Assembly: GCA_964243335.1 (NCBI GenBank)
Contig: CAXTED010000008.1
Coordinates: 49,099-113,098 of the forward strand
Origin: an uncultured Sphingomicrobium sp.
GTDB lineage: Bacteria > Pseudomonadota > Alphaproteobacteria > Sphingomonadales > Sphingomonadaceae
Length of the DNA: 64,000 bases
Direction: 5' to 3'
Part shown: positions 8,742 to 19,401 of the stretch, piece by piece
How the letters are laid out: each line of letters opens with the position of its first letter
Numbering within the stretch: the first letter of the stretch is position 1
Position numbers and translations under genes: made by a program
Notes under the pieces: generated by a model
Databases searched by the model: none
What the model was told of the DNA's origin: nothing
The model's input: the letters and a program-made list of their open reading frames with translations, nothing else

Positions 8742-10586
8742 ATGATCCTTCGCTTGTGCTTGCTCGGCACCGCCGCTGCCGCGCTCACCGCCTGCGTCGC
8801 CGTTATCCCGATTGTCGTGCCGGCACCCGTCGCAACCGAAGCCCCGGTGGCTCCCGTTGCCACGGCCGAGAGCGAGCACGCGAAACTGTTCGCCTTGTTC
8901 GCCCGCAGTGACGAAGCCTCGCTCCAGCGCAACCCGATCAGCGCCATCTATCGGGGCGACATGCGCTTCGCTGACCGCCTCGGCGACAATATCAGCGACG
9001 CCTATTTCGCCGCTGAAAAGGCAGCACTGGAACGCGACCTGACCGAACTGCGCACGGTCGACCGCGCCGTGCTGAGCGAAGTCGACGCACTGGCTTACGA
9101 CGTCTTCGCTTTTCAGTCCGAAGATGCGCTCAAGGGCTATCAGCCCGAGCTGCTGGCACTGAATGTCGTCCGACCGATGAATCACTTTTACGGCCTGCAT
9201 AAGGACTATGCGACCTTCGCAAGCGGGCAGGGCGGAGCGCCGTTCAAAACCCTCCTCGACTATCAGAACAACCTCAAGCGCCACGCCGATTTCGCCACCT
9301 ACGTCGATCGCGCGATCGGTCGTTGGAAGCAGGGCCAAGCTGCCGGCGTACTCGACACCAAGCTGACCGTGCGCAACATGATCGAGCAGCTCGGCAACCA
9401 GCTCAAGATGAAGCCGGAGGCGTCGCCTTTCTTCCGCCCCGTGCTCAACTTTCCCGCTGAGATTGGCGCGGCGGATCGAGCGCGCCTGACGACCGAATAT
9501 CGCACTGCCATCACCGCACAGATCTACCCCGCGCTGACCCGCATGCGCGACTTCCTGCGGGACGATTACCTGTCTCAAGCCCGGGACAGCGTCGGCCTGT
9601 CACAGATGAAGGGCGGCGCGGCATTGTACCGTCAGTTGGTCCAGTCGACGACCACTTTGCCGCTCGCACCCGAAGCGATCCACGAGCTTGGCCTCAGGGA
9701 AGTCGACCGCATCACCAAGGGGTTCGAGCAGGTTCGCCAGGAAGTTGGCTTTAAGGGCACGCTGCCGCAATTCTTCGAATATATGCGCACCGCCAAGCGC
9801 TTTCAGCCGAAGAGCCGCGATGCCCTCACGGCGGATTATTACCGCATCGGCAAGGAGGTCGACGCCAAGATCCCCACCTATTTCTCGACCCTTCCCAAGT
9901 CGCAGCTTGTGATCCGGCCGTATGAAACCTTCCGCGAGAAGTTCGAAGCTGGCGGATCGTATGAGGGCGGCACGCCCGACGGTTCGCGCCCGGGCACCTT
10001 CTACTTCAACGCGTACGATCTTCCCTCCCGCAGCACCTGGGGCGAGACCACTTTGTTCCTGCATGAAGGCGCCCCCGGCCATCACTTCCAGATCAGCCTG
10101 GCGCAGGAGAATGCCGCGCTACCGCCGTTCATGCGCTTCGGCGGGAACACGGCTTATGTCGAAGGCTGGGCGCTTTATTCCGAGACGCTCGGCTACGACA
10201 TGGGCTTCTACAAGGATCCCTATCAGCGCTTTGGCACCTTGGGCGACGAGATGCTGCGCGCCATGCGGCTGGTGGTCGACACCGGTCTGCACACCAAGGG
10301 TTGGACCCGCGACCAGTCGATCGCCTACATGCTCGGCCATTCCGGCATGGGTCGCTCGGATGCCACGTCGGAAGTCGAACGCTACATCGCGATCCCGAGC
10401 CAAGCCCTGGCCTATAAGATCGGCGCGCTGACTATTCAGCGCCTGCGCGACAAGGCCAAGTCCGAACTCGGCGACAAGTTCGACATGCGCGATTTCCACG
10501 CGCAGGTGCTGATGACCGGCGCGCTGCCGCTGACGATCCTGGAAGCGAAGATCGACCGGTGGATTGCGGCGAAGAAGGCAGGGTAA
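8742..10586 (+). CDS. DUF885-family lipoprotein (putative metallopeptidase-like)
   Basis: Lipobox MILRLCLLGTAAAALTAC at the internal ATG 8742. DUF885 signature HEGAPGHHFQ and downstream YVEGWALYSE. Confidence 0.8.
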   Translation: MILRLCLLGTAAAALTACVAVIPIVVPAPVATEAPVAPVATAESEHAKLFALFARSDEASLQRNPISAIYRGDMRFADRLGDNISDAYFAAEKAALERDLTELRTVDRAVLSEVDALAYDVFAFQSEDALKGYQPELLALNVVRPMNHFYGLHKDYATFASGQGGAPFKTLLDYQNNLKRHADFATYVDRAIGRWKQGQAAGVLDTKLTVRNMIEQLGNQLKMKPEASPFFRPVLNFPAEIGAADRARLTTEYRTAITAQIYPALTRMRDFLRDDYLSQARDSVGLSQMKGGAALYRQLVQSTTTLPLAPEAIHELGLREVDRITKGFEQVRQEVGFKGTLPQFFEYMRTAKRFQPKSRDALTADYYRIGKEVDAKIPTYFSTLPKSQLVIRPYETFREKFEAGGSYEGGTPDGSRPGTFYFNAYDLPSRSTWGETTLFLHEGAPGHHFQISLAQENAALPPFMRFGGNTAYVEGWALYSETLGYDMGFYKDPYQRFGTLGDEMLRAMRLVVDTGLHTKGWTRDQSIAYMLGHSGMGRSDATSEVERYIAIPSQALAYKIGALTIQRLRDKAKSELGDKFDMRDFHAQVLMTGALPLTILEAKIDRWIAAKKAG

Positions 10587-10647
10587 GATTAGCCAAGCCT
10601 TGTCATCGCGCTGCTTCGCCTCCTCGCATTGACGACCTTGAGGAGAG

Positions 10648-12243
10648 TTAGGCCTGATCGACGTCCGTAAGCGCCAGAGCTTCCCGGATCAGGCGTCGTG
10701 AGTTCTCCACCCCGTACAGCGCGATGAAGCTGCCCATGCGGGGGCCTTGGGGGCTCCCCAGCAGGGTCTCGTAAAGCGCGGCAAACCAGTGGCGGAGGGT
10801 TTCGAACGGGTGGCGCTTGCCGACTTCGAAGACGAGCGTCTGGATGGTCTCGGCATCGGCGCCGTCGGGCAAGTCCGCCAGTCCGGCGTCGAGTTCCTTC
10901 AGAGCGTCGATCTCGTGCCCCACCGGGGCGCGGCGCTGAAGGGTCGGAGCAACGAAGTCGCGGGCGTAATTGACCGCAAGGCCGATCAGCTCGTCCAACT
11001 CCGGCTCACTCTCGGGCGCGGCGCCGGGGACCTGCCGCTCGACGAACCGCCACGCGGTGTCGCGATCGCCGACGCCGGGCAGACTGACCAGATTGAGCAA
11101 CAATCCGAAGCTTAACGGCAGCCCGCGCGCCGGTACCGCGCCGTTGTGGATGTGGTGCACCGGATTGCCGAGCCGCTGCTCGATCGGCTGGTCCGCCCAG
11201 CGCTCGCGAAACTGCCAATACTCGTCGACGGCGCGTGGAATCAGGCCCAAGTGCAGGCTCTTGGCCTTTTTCGGCTCGCGAAACAGATAGAAGGCCAGAC
11301 TGTCCTGGCTGCCATAGGTCAGCCAGTCGTCCAGCCCCAGGCCATTGCCCTTGGACTTGGAGATCTTCTCGCCCTTTTCATCGAGAAACATCTCGTAATT
11401 GAACCCCTCGGGCGGGCGCCCGCCGAGCACGCGTGCGATCTTGCCCGACTGGATCGTGGAATCGATCAGATCCTTGCCGGCCATTTCATAGTCGACGCCC
11501 AGCGCGACCCAGCGCATCGCCCAATCGACCTTCCACTGCAGCTTGGCCCGGCCGCCCAGCGCCGACTGGACGACCTGCGTCCCGTCCTCGTCGGCAAAGG
11601 CGATCGTTCCAGCTTCGGCGTCGACCAGGCGCACCGGCACCTGCAGTACGCGGCCGGTCGTGGGCGAAATCGGCAACACCGGCGAATAGGTCTTGCGGCG
11701 TTCCTCGCGCAGCGTCGGCAGCATGATGCCTAGGATGTCGTCGAACCGCCGCAGCACCTCGCGCAGGGTCTCGTCGAAGCGACCCACCTGATAGGCGTCG
11801 GTGGCCGAAACGAACTCATAGTCGAAGCCGAAGCGGTCCAGGAAAGCCCGCAAGGAGGCATTGTTGTGATGCGCGAAGCTGGGGTGGCAGCCGAACGGGT
11901 CGGGCACCTGAGTCAAGGGCAGCCCCAAGGCACCCGCTAGCAGTTCCGGGCTCGGCACATTGTCCGGCACCTTGCGGAGTCCGTCGAGATCGTCGCTGAA
12001 GGCGATCAGCTTGACCGCGGCGCCGCCGGTGAGCGCCTGATACGCATGCATTACCCAGGTGGTTCGAAGCACTTCGGTGAAAGTTCCAATATGCGGCAGG
12101 CCCGATGGTCCGTAGCCGGTCTCGAAAACCATCGGAGCGCCGCCAGGCTTACCCTCTGGCCACCGCTTCAACAGCTTGCGCGCTTCCTCGAAGGGCCAGG
12201 CCTTGGAAGTGAGGGCGGCGGCGCGAAGGTCGTCAGTGGTCAT
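10648..12243 (-). CDS. lysK: Lysine--tRNA ligase, class I
   Basis: HIGH-like PSGLPHIGTFTE and KMSKS-like KISKSKGNG. Length and layout fit class I LysRS. The start is set at MTTDDL (12243) rather than the upstream ORF start. Confidence 0.85.
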   Translation of the reverse strand: MTTDDLRAAALTSKAWPFEEARKLLKRWPEGKPGGAPMVFETGYGPSGLPHIGTFTEVLRTTWVMHAYQALTGGAAVKLIAFSDDLDGLRKVPDNVPSPELLAGALGLPLTQVPDPFGCHPSFAHHNNASLRAFLDRFGFDYEFVSATDAYQVGRFDETLREVLRRFDDILGIMLPTLREERRKTYSPVLPISPTTGRVLQVPVRLVDAEAGTIAFADEDGTQVVQSALGGRAKLQWKVDWAMRWVALGVDYEMAGKDLIDSTIQSGKIARVLGGRPPEGFNYEMFLDEKGEKISKSKGNGLGLDDWLTYGSQDSLAFYLFREPKKAKSLHLGLIPRAVDEYWQFRERWADQPIEQRLGNPVHHIHNGAVPARGLPLSFGLLLNLVSLPGVGDRDTAWRFVERQVPGAAPESEPELDELIGLAVNYARDFVAPTLQRRAPVGHEIDALKELDAGLADLPDGADAETIQTLVFEVGKRHPFETLRHWFAALYETLLGSPQGPRMGSFIALYGVENSRRLIREALALTDVDQA

Positions 12244-12315
12244 CGGGAGAGCGGTAGCGCGGAGAGGAGAGGATGGAAACCGAGAGGCGTGGCTGGCTAG
12301 CAAACGCCATAATGG

Positions 12316-13434
12316 TCAAGCCGAACGTAGCGCGTGATCAAGGCCGGCGACCTGACGCAGCAGGACGTTACGAAGCGCGGGCGTACGCGCGATCAGCGGC
12401 GGCAGGAAGCGCCGCATCGAACTGGCGATCGGGCCGCGCGCGACGACCGCATTGGTGATGCGCCGAATCTTGCGGACGACGCCAGCGTCGACCTTCAACC
12501 GCAGCTTGCCATAGTGGTCCATCCGCTCGGGGCGACCCTGCAGCGCGTCCGCCGCGCACGCGGCCCACACCCAAGCGTCTTCGATCCCAAGGTTCATGCC
12601 GCGCGCCCCGATCGGTGAATGGATGTGGGCGGCGTCGCCCGCGAGCGCGATCCGGCCGATCGACAGGCGGTCGGCAATCCGGTGCGAGATGTGGAACTCC
12701 GACCGCCAGAAGACGGTGCCAGCGGACCAATCTTTGGGCAGGCGCGACAGGACGTCGGTTCCGATCGCGATAAATCGCCAGCGGTGCTGAGAGAAGGGAA
12801 ATGCGACCAGCACGCCGTCCCGGCGCAGGTCGACGTGGATGAAGCCGGGGGCCGGGCCGTCCAGTTCCACGTCGGCCAGCGTCCAGGCGTCGTCGAGAGA
12901 GTCGCCGGGAAACCCCACCCCGAGCGCCTTGCGTACGGCGCTGTGCGATCCGTCGGCGGCGAGAAGTAGGGGAGTGTGCACTAATTCGGCGAGACCGTCC
13001 GGGCCGACCAGGTCGGCGTTGGCGGCTGTTTCGTCCTGCCGCACGTCGATACAGCGGACGCCGCGTTCGACTTGCACGCCGCGACGGGCAAGCGCCTCAA
13101 CAAGCAGTTCCTCCGTTCGGGCCTGAGGCAGGATCGTCAGCGGGTGCTGGGCACCGATGGCGGCATAGTCCAATGCAATCGTCGCTATCGGACGGCCGTC
13201 TTGCGTCACGCGGACGCCCTGAACGGCCATTCCTTCAGCCTGGATTCGAGCCGTGACGCCGGATGGCTCGAGCAAGTCCAGCGTTCGCGGATTGACGCCG
13301 AGCGCTTTCGACCAAGGAGCAGGCTGCGCGGCGGCATCGACTACCCGAGCGCCAAACCCGCGCTCATGCAGGAACAGCGCAGCGGCGAGCCCGGTGGGAC
13401 CCGCACCGACAATCAAGGGCGTTCTTGCCGTCAT
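12316..13434 (-). CDS. FAD-dependent aromatic-ring monooxygenase (UbiH/class A flavoprotein hydroxylase family)
   Basis: The start MTARTPLIVGAGPTGLAAALFL (GxGxxG) lies at 13434. It also has the GDAAHIHSPIGARGMNLGIEDA motif. The upstream 182 codons of the listed ORF have no protein-like features. Confidence 0.8.
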   Translation of the reverse strand: MTARTPLIVGAGPTGLAAALFLHERGFGARVVDAAAQPAPWSKALGVNPRTLDLLEPSGVTARIQAEGMAVQGVRVTQDGRPIATIALDYAAIGAQHPLTILPQARTEELLVEALARRGVQVERGVRCIDVRQDETAANADLVGPDGLAELVHTPLLLAADGSHSAVRKALGVGFPGDSLDDAWTLADVELDGPAPGFIHVDLRRDGVLVAFPFSQHRWRFIAIGTDVLSRLPKDWSAGTVFWRSEFHISHRIADRLSIGRIALAGDAAHIHSPIGARGMNLGIEDAWVWAACAADALQGRPERMDHYGKLRLKVDAGVVRKIRRITNAVVARGPIASSMRRFLPPLIARTPALRNVLLRQVAGLDHALRSA

Positions 13435-13584
13435 CGGACGTGTCTTAACTCCCACGCGCTCTGGCACCAAACGTGACGACCGATCTCCTCCCTTCTTTCG
13501 CGAGAGAGCCGATGTCACCGTCCGGAGCACTCTAGCCAGCCCAATCCCGTTGCCATTTCGTTCCTCATCCCGCATGGCACCCTC

Positions 13585-16311
13585 ATGGTCGCTTTGGCCC
13601 TTCCCACCCTTCACGCCACCCATGCCGGTATCTGGCGCACCGGACCCGACGGCGAGCCGCGGCGGGTCAGTCGGGGCGAGGCGGTGGCGCGTGCGGCGGA
13701 GAGCCCGCATATCCTGTTGAATGCGCCGCTGATTGGGCAGCGGCTTGGCTATCCCGAGTTGTCGGGGCTGGATTTGCTCGAGCTGTTTGCCTTTCTGCAC
13801 CCGGCGCGGTTCGTTGTGCCTACGGTGGCGGGTCTCGCACGGGCGGTCGGCCTCGAAGCGCCTGTCGACGAGGCCGCGGCTGCTCCCTTGCTTGCCACGA
13901 TCGCCGCGCGGTTGCTCCAGACCCTTGCCGACCCCGACTGGCCGGCACGCGAGGGCGCCTGGACCAGCAACACGACCTTGCACCGCTTGGGTTGGACCTG
14001 GGCCGGACTGATCGCCACCCGGCTGGACACGCCGACCCAGTCCGAGCGGATGCTATTCTCCCGCCTGCCGACTTGGGAGGAGACCGCCGAGCGTGCCGCG
14101 CCGCGCCCGATCGTCGTCAGCGAAGCCGATGCGCAGGCACGGCTCGACCAGCTTACCGGCGCCGGAGCCGAGCCGCGTGAGGGTCAGCGCGCGCTCGCCG
14201 CCGCAGTCACTCAGGTATTCGCGCCGCGTGCCAATCGCGACTCGCCGCACATGCTGCTGGCCGAGGCGGGTACCGGCATCGGCAAGACCCTGGGTTATCT
14301 CGCCCCCGCTAGCCTGTGGGCCGAGCAGGCCGGCGGTGCTGTGTGGGTGTCGACCTATACCAAGGCGTTGCAGCGCCAGTTGGACGCAGAGGGCGCGCGC
14401 CTCATTCCCGACGAAACCGAGCGCAAGAAGCGCATCGTCGTGCGCAAGGGCCGCGAGAATTACCTTTGCCTGTTGAACCTGGAGGACGCGCTTCAAGGCG
14501 CTTTCACCGGACGCGCGGCAATCCTGGCGCAACTGGTCGGGCGCTGGGCGGCCTATACCAAGGACGGCGACATGGTCGGCGGCGACCTGCCGGGGTGGTT
14601 GCCAAGCCTGTTCCGCCGCGCCGGGTCCACCGCGCTGACCGACCGCCGGGGCGAGTGCGTCTATGCCGGTTGTCCGCATTACCGCCGCTGCTTCATCGAG
14701 CGCGCCGATCGCGCCAGCCGCGACGCCGACTTGGTCATCGCCAACCACGCGCTGGTGATGGTCAATTCGGCGCGGAGTCGGGGCCGCCCGCCCGAACGCA
14801 TCGTGTTCGACGAAGGCCATCATCTGTTCGACGCCGCGGACAGCACCTTCGCGGTGACGCTTGGCGGCGGCGAGGCGATCGAGATGCGCCGCTGGATCAT
14901 TGGCCCGGAGGGCAAGTCGCGCGGCCGGCGGCGCGGTCTTTCGGCACGGCTGATGGATGTCGCCTCCTACGATGACGCGGGCGCGGCCGCGCTTGAGGCG
15001 GCGATCGAGGCGGCGGGGGCGCTGCCTTCCGAAGGCTGGCTTGGGCGCATCGTCGATGGCTCGCCTTGGGGACCGTTCGAGAAGCTTCTGGCGCAGGTCC
15101 GCGGCACCGTGGCGGCCCGCGCCCGGGCTCAGGACGCCGGATATGGCCTCGAAACCGAGTTGGCCGAACCGGACGGTGATCTGGTCGCCGCCGCGGCATC
15201 TGCGCTGGACGGGGTGGAGAATCTGCAGCGCCCGCTTGCCGCACTCGGACGTCGGCTCGAGGCGGTGCTGGAGGATGCCCCCGATTGGCTCGACACGGCT
15301 GCTCGCGCCAGGGTCGAAGGCGCCATCGCGGGTCTTGCCTGGCGCAGCGGCACCCTGAGCGCCTGGGCGCAACTGCTTGCCCGCATCGGCGGCACGGCAG
15401 ACCCGGACTTCGTCGATTGGCTGTCCGTGGACCGCATCGAGGGCCGCGAGATCGACATCGCCATCCAGCGCCGTTGGCTCGACCCCACCCGGCCGCTGGC
15501 AGCCAGCGTGCTCGCCCCCGCACATGGCGTATTGGTGACCTCCGCCACCCTGCGCGGGGGCGATGCCGAGTGGGGAGCCGCCGAACGCCGCACCGGCGCC
15601 CTGCATCTGCCATGGCCCGCCGCCCGCTTCGAGGCTGCCAGCCCGTTCGACTATGCCGCCTGCGCCGAGGTGCTGGTGGTCAACGATCTCGGCCGCGGCG
15701 ACTTGCCAGCGCTGGCCGGAGCCTATGCCCGGCTGATCGAAGCGGCCGGCGGCGGCACATTGGGGCTGTTCACCGCCATTCAGCGACTGAAAGCCGTGCA
15801 CGCGCGGATTGCCGACCGCCTAGCCCGCGCGGGCCTGCCGTTGCTTGCGCAGCATGTCGATCCGATCGACACGGGCACGCTGGTCGACATCTTCCGCGAC
15901 GATCCGCGCGCCAGCCTGCTCGGGACCGATGCGCTGCGTGACGGGGTCGATGTGCCCGGTGATTCGCTCCGGCTCGTGATCATGGAGCGCGTGCCCTGGC
16001 CGCGGCCGACGGTCCTCCACGCGGCGCGGCGACTGGCCGGCGGCGGCACTGCCTATGACGACCGCGTGATCAAGGCCCGCCTGGCGCAGGCGTTCGGCCG
16101 GCTGATCCGGCGGAACGGAGACTGCGGCCAGTTCGTGATCCTGTCCGCGGCCATGCCCTCGCGCTTCCTGACGGCATTTCCGCCTGGAGTGCAGGTCCAC
16201 CGCGTGCCGCTCGAGGTGGCGATCCGGCGGGTGGAGATGCGCAGCGGAGCAAGCCGCAGCTCAGAAGAGAGTGTCACTCCGGAGCTGATCCGCGATCCAC
16301 CTATCACGTGA
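13585..16311 (+). CDS. ATP-dependent DNA helicase, XPD/DinG (Rad3) family with Fe-S cluster domain
   Basis: Walker A AEAGTGIGKT and DEGH box FDEGHHL. Cys cluster NYLCL..GECVYAGCPHYRRCF. C-terminal helicase_C_2-like text (LGTDALRDGVDVPG). Confidence 0.8.
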   Translation: MVALALPTLHATHAGIWRTGPDGEPRRVSRGEAVARAAESPHILLNAPLIGQRLGYPELSGLDLLELFAFLHPARFVVPTVAGLARAVGLEAPVDEAAAAPLLATIAARLLQTLADPDWPAREGAWTSNTTLHRLGWTWAGLIATRLDTPTQSERMLFSRLPTWEETAERAAPRPIVVSEADAQARLDQLTGAGAEPREGQRALAAAVTQVFAPRANRDSPHMLLAEAGTGIGKTLGYLAPASLWAEQAGGAVWVSTYTKALQRQLDAEGARLIPDETERKKRIVVRKGRENYLCLLNLEDALQGAFTGRAAILAQLVGRWAAYTKDGDMVGGDLPGWLPSLFRRAGSTALTDRRGECVYAGCPHYRRCFIERADRASRDADLVIANHALVMVNSARSRGRPPERIVFDEGHHLFDAADSTFAVTLGGGEAIEMRRWIIGPEGKSRGRRRGLSARLMDVASYDDAGAAALEAAIEAAGALPSEGWLGRIVDGSPWGPFEKLLAQVRGTVAARARAQDAGYGLETELAEPDGDLVAAAASALDGVENLQRPLAALGRRLEAVLEDAPDWLDTAARARVEGAIAGLAWRSGTLSAWAQLLARIGGTADPDFVDWLSVDRIEGREIDIAIQRRWLDPTRPLAASVLAPAHGVLVTSATLRGGDAEWGAAERRTGALHLPWPAARFEAASPFDYAACAEVLVVNDLGRGDLPALAGAYARLIEAAGGGTLGLFTAIQRLKAVHARIADRLARAGLPLLAQHVDPIDTGTLVDIFRDDPRASLLGTDALRDGVDVPGDSLRLVIMERVPWPRPTVLHAARRLAGGGTAYDDRVIKARLAQAFGRLIRRNGDCGQFVILSAAMPSRFLTAFPPGVQVHRVPLEVAIRRVEMRSGASRSSEESVTPELIRDPPIT

Positions 16312-16346
16312 GTGAGCTAGGCGAGGGCAGGCAGGCCGGATAACGA

Positions 16347-16781
16347 TCAGTGCGAGATTGCTGCCGCCAATTGCTCGCGCACTGCGCGTAAGCCCTGCAC
16401 AAGCGCATGATCCGGTGCGGGGATTGAGTTCACCAGGCTCGGCTCCGGCGGAGTCGGGGGAGTGGCCGCCGGCGCGTGCTCGGCAATCGCCACACCGGCA
16501 AGCACCTTGTGAACCCCGCGTACAGTATAGCCCTCATGCGTCAGTAGGCGGTGGATCGTGCGCGCCACCTCGACATCCGCCGGCCGATAATAGCGCCGGT
16601 TTCCTGCACGCTGAAGCGGTCGCAACTGAGGAAACTTGGTCTCCCAGTAGCGCAGAATATGCTGCGCCACGCCAAGCTCCGCAGCGAGTTCGCTAATGGT
16701 TCGAAACGCCCCAGGCTCTTTGCCGGGATCTGTCGCTTTGTCGGCAGCCATGAAGCGGTTGGGCTCAGCCGCGGCCGACAA
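16347..16781 (-). CDS. MerR-family transcriptional regulator
   Basis: HTH text [38 protein letters not shown]. It overlaps the ihfA stop region by 17 nt, and the ihfA-merR pairing is conserved. Confidence 0.85.
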   Translation of the reverse strand: MSAAAEPNRFMAADKATDPGKEPGAFRTISELAAELGVAQHILRYWETKFPQLRPLQRAGNRRYYRPADVEVARTIHRLLTHEGYTVRGVHKVLAGVAIAEHAPAATPPTPPEPSLVNSIPAPDHALVQGLRAVREQLAAAISH

Positions 16782-17103
16782 CCGTGTCGCGCATCATCTG
16801 GCTGGCGCGAAAGGTCATCACCCGGCGGGGTGCAATTGGCACTTCGATGCCGGTCTTGGGATTGCGCCCCAGACGCTCGCCCTTGTCACGCAGGATGAAG
16901 CTGCCGAAGCCGGAAATCTTGACATTGTCGCCCTCGGACAGGCTGGCACACATGTGGAACAGAAGGCGCTCGACGACGCTGGCCGACTCCGCGCGGGACA
17001 GTCCGAGCTTCCGGTGCACCACGTCGGACAAGTCCGCCCTGGTCAGCGTGCCGCCGTGCATTTCCTTGGCTTGTTCCGTCCGAGCAATACCAGCATCTGC
17101 CAT
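16765..17103 (-). CDS. ihfA: Integration host factor subunit alpha
   Basis: [59 protein letters not shown]. The start is uncertain (17103, or the internal MHGG). Confidence 0.9.
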   Translation of the reverse strand: MADAGIARTEQAKEMHGGTLTRADLSDVVHRKLGLSRAESASVVERLLFHMCASLSEGDNVKISGFGSFILRDKGERLGRNPKTGIEVPIAPRRVMTFRASQMMRDTVVGRG

Positions 17104-17219
17104 GCAACCAACTCCGCCCCGTGACGCGGCTCGCCCGAAGGCCCCCACCGCAAGGCAAGCACGCTACTCTAGAAATACACTGTCGGCAATTCGACATGCG
17201 GTGAAATTAACACGCTTTA

Positions 17220-18194
17220 TCAAAAGCGCAGGGCTGCCGCTCCCCAGGTGAACCCGCCGCCCATGGCTTCAAGTACCACCAGATCGCCGCGCTTGATCCG
17301 CCCGTCCTGCACCGCCACGTCCAGTGCCAGCGGGACCGAGGCGGCACTGGTGTTGGCGTGGCGGTCCACCGTGACCACCACGCGGTCCGCCGGCAGACCG
17401 AGCTTGCGCGCGGTGGCATCGATGATTCGCGCATTGGCCTGGTGCGGCACCACCCAGTCGACCTCGTCCGGAGTATGACCGGCGGCGACCAGCACTTCCT
17501 TGAGCACGTCGTGCAGGTTGGTCACGGCGTGGCGGAACACCTCGCGGCCCTTCATGCGCAGCTTGCCCACGGTGCCGGTCGTCGAAGGCCCGCCGTCAAC
17601 GTAGAGCATGTCGTTGAAGCGCCCGTCGGCATGCAGCCGAGTGGCGAGGATACCACGATCGACGGTCTCCGCAGCGCGAAGCACCACCGCACCCGCTCCA
17701 TCGCCGAACAGCACGCAGGTGGTGCGATCTTCCCAGTCGAGAATGCGCGAGAAGGTTTCCGCCCCGATCACCAAGGCGGTGTTCGCATTGCCGCCGCGCA
17801 GCATCGCGTCGGCCACGGACAGCGCATAGAGGAAGCCAGTGCACACCGCATGGACGTCGAAGGCAATGCAATCACCAACACCAAGCAAAGTCTGCACCTT
17901 GGTGGCCGAAGACGGAAAGGTCTGGTCGGGTGTGGCGGTCGCCAGCACGATCAGGTCGATCTCGGAGGCATCGATGCCGGCGTGGGCGAGCGCCTTGCGG
18001 CAGGCTTCGGTGGCTAGCGTGGCGGTGGTCTCACCTTCGCCGGCTATATAGCGCGAGCGAATGCCGGTGCGCTCAACGATCCATTGGTCGGTTGTCTCGA
18101 CCTGCGCGGCGAGTTCGGCATTGTCGACGCGGCGGGCGGGCAGGGCGGAACCCACCCCCTCAATGACTGATCGGCGCATGATGAGATTGCTCAC
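17220..18194 (-). CDS. fabH: Beta-ketoacyl-ACP synthase III
   Basis: Full-length FabH text with active-site context [10 protein letters not shown], and the HQAN and GGGFTWG motifs. Confidence 0.95.
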   Translation of the reverse strand: MSNLIMRRSVIEGVGSALPARRVDNAELAAQVETTDQWIVERTGIRSRYIAGEGETTATLATEACRKALAHAGIDASEIDLIVLATATPDQTFPSSATKVQTLLGVGDCIAFDVHAVCTGFLYALSVADAMLRGGNANTALVIGAETFSRILDWEDRTTCVLFGDGAGAVVLRAAETVDRGILATRLHADGRFNDMLYVDGGPSTTGTVGKLRMKGREVFRHAVTNLHDVLKEVLVAAGHTPDEVDWVVPHQANARIIDATARKLGLPADRVVVTVDRHANTSAASVPLALDVAVQDGRIKRGDLVVLEAMGGGFTWGAAALRF

Positions 18195-19387
18195 CTGCCG
18201 GACTCGAACGCATGCGCCTGAAAGTTGTCGAGATCCTCGGCGATCTTGCGGCTGATGTCGTTGCGCGCCATCCGGGCAGCCACGCCGATCGCGTTGGCCA
18301 CGCCCTTGGCACTCGCACCGCCGTGACTTTTCACCACCAGGCCGTTCAGCCCCAAGAACACGGCGCCATTATGATTGTTCGGGTCCAGATGCACCTTGAG
18401 CATATGCAAGGCCGGCTTGGACAAGGCAAAGCCGGCTTTGGAGCGCAGCGAGGATGTGAATGCCCGCCGAAGCAGGTCGGTAACGAAGCGCGCGGTGCCC
18501 TCCGCCGTCTTGAGCGCAATGTTCCCTGAGAAGCCGTCCGTTACCACCACATCGACCTTGCCGCGCGACAATTGGTCGCCCTCGGTGAAGCCGTCGAACT
18601 GCATCGGCAGGAAGCTTGCTTCCCGCAGCAGGGCGGCGGCTTCCTTGAGTTCGTCAGTGCCCTTGAGCTCCTCGGTGCCGATGTTGAGCAGCTTCACTCG
18701 CGGCTTCTTGAGGCCGAGCACGGTACGCGCATAGGCCGAGCCCATAACCGCAAACTGCACGAGGTTCTGCGCGTCACATTCGGTGTTCGCGCCAAGGTCC
18801 AGCATCACCAAATCGTGCTCGCCAAGCGTCGGCAGCAGTGCCGCCAGTGCCGGACGGTCAATGCCGGCCATGGTACGCAGCGCCAGCTTGGCAATCGCCA
18901 TGAGGGCGCCGGTGTTCCCTGCCGACAGCGCTGCGTCAGCCTGGCCGGTTTTCACCAGGCTGATGGCCATGCCCATCGACGTGGTGCGCGCACGGCGCAG
19001 CGCCTGGCTGGGCTTTTCGTGAGAGGAGATCGAGTCGGGCGCGTGGAGCACGCTGACGGCGCCCGCAGGAAGGCTGGTCCGTTCGAGTTCAGGCTGGATC
19101 AGGGCTTCGTCGCCGACAAGGATGAAGCGAAGGGAAGGTTCGGTCTTTAGCGCCAACCGCATGCCCGCGACGATCGTCGCCGTACCCATATCGCCGCCCA
19201 TGGCGTCGATAGCGATTCGCGGCAGGTCGGTCGGGCCAGCGAACTTGAACGCGGGCTCAGCCTCTGGCTTCGTGGCAACCGAGCCCGCAACCGTCGCCTG
19301 ATCCGGCGCAAGTGGCGTGGCGTTCGGCTGGTCGGGCTCGGCGGAAGTGATGTCCGCGGGCGATTCCGGTGTTTGCGGAGCTGTCAC
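18191..19387 (-). CDS. plsX: Phosphate acyltransferase PlsX (with about 55-aa N-terminal low-complexity extension)
   Basis: Core [25 protein letters not shown] start at 19387. There is no in-frame ATG/GTG/TTG between it and the conserved core. The stop overlaps the fabH start (4 nt). Confidence 0.9.
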   Translation of the reverse strand: MTAPQTPESPADITSAEPDQPNATPLAPDQATVAGSVATKPEAEPAFKFAGPTDLPRIAIDAMGGDMGTATIVAGMRLALKTEPSLRFILVGDEALIQPELERTSLPAGAVSVLHAPDSISSHEKPSQALRRARTTSMGMAISLVKTGQADAALSAGNTGALMAIAKLALRTMAGIDRPALAALLPTLGEHDLVMLDLGANTECDAQNLVQFAVMGSAYARTVLGLKKPRVKLLNIGTEELKGTDELKEAAALLREASFLPMQFDGFTEGDQLSRGKVDVVVTDGFSGNIALKTAEGTARFVTDLLRRAFTSSLRSKAGFALSKPALHMLKVHLDPNNHNGAVFLGLNGLVVKSHGGASAKGVANAIGVAARMARNDISRKIAEDLDNFQAHAFESGR

Positions 19388-19401
19388 GCTCGGCAGGCCG
19401 T

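Noticed and set aside
7857-9578. 573-aa minus-strand ORF
   Set aside because: It is antisense to the RcnB-like and DUF885 genes, both of which have signal peptides and family signatures. The ORF itself has no recognisable motif.
12316-13983. The listed 555-aa form of the monooxygenase ORF
   Set aside because: The Rossmann GxGxxG motif immediately follows the internal Met at 13434. The upstream 182 codons are Arg/Gly-rich, lack features, and run toward and past the divergent helicase start, so I called the short form.
14053-15801. 582-aa minus-strand ORF inside the helicase gene
   Set aside because: The plus-strand frame carries the Walker A, Fe-S Cys cluster and DEGH motifs. The minus-strand product is Gly/Ala/Arg-rich without motifs.
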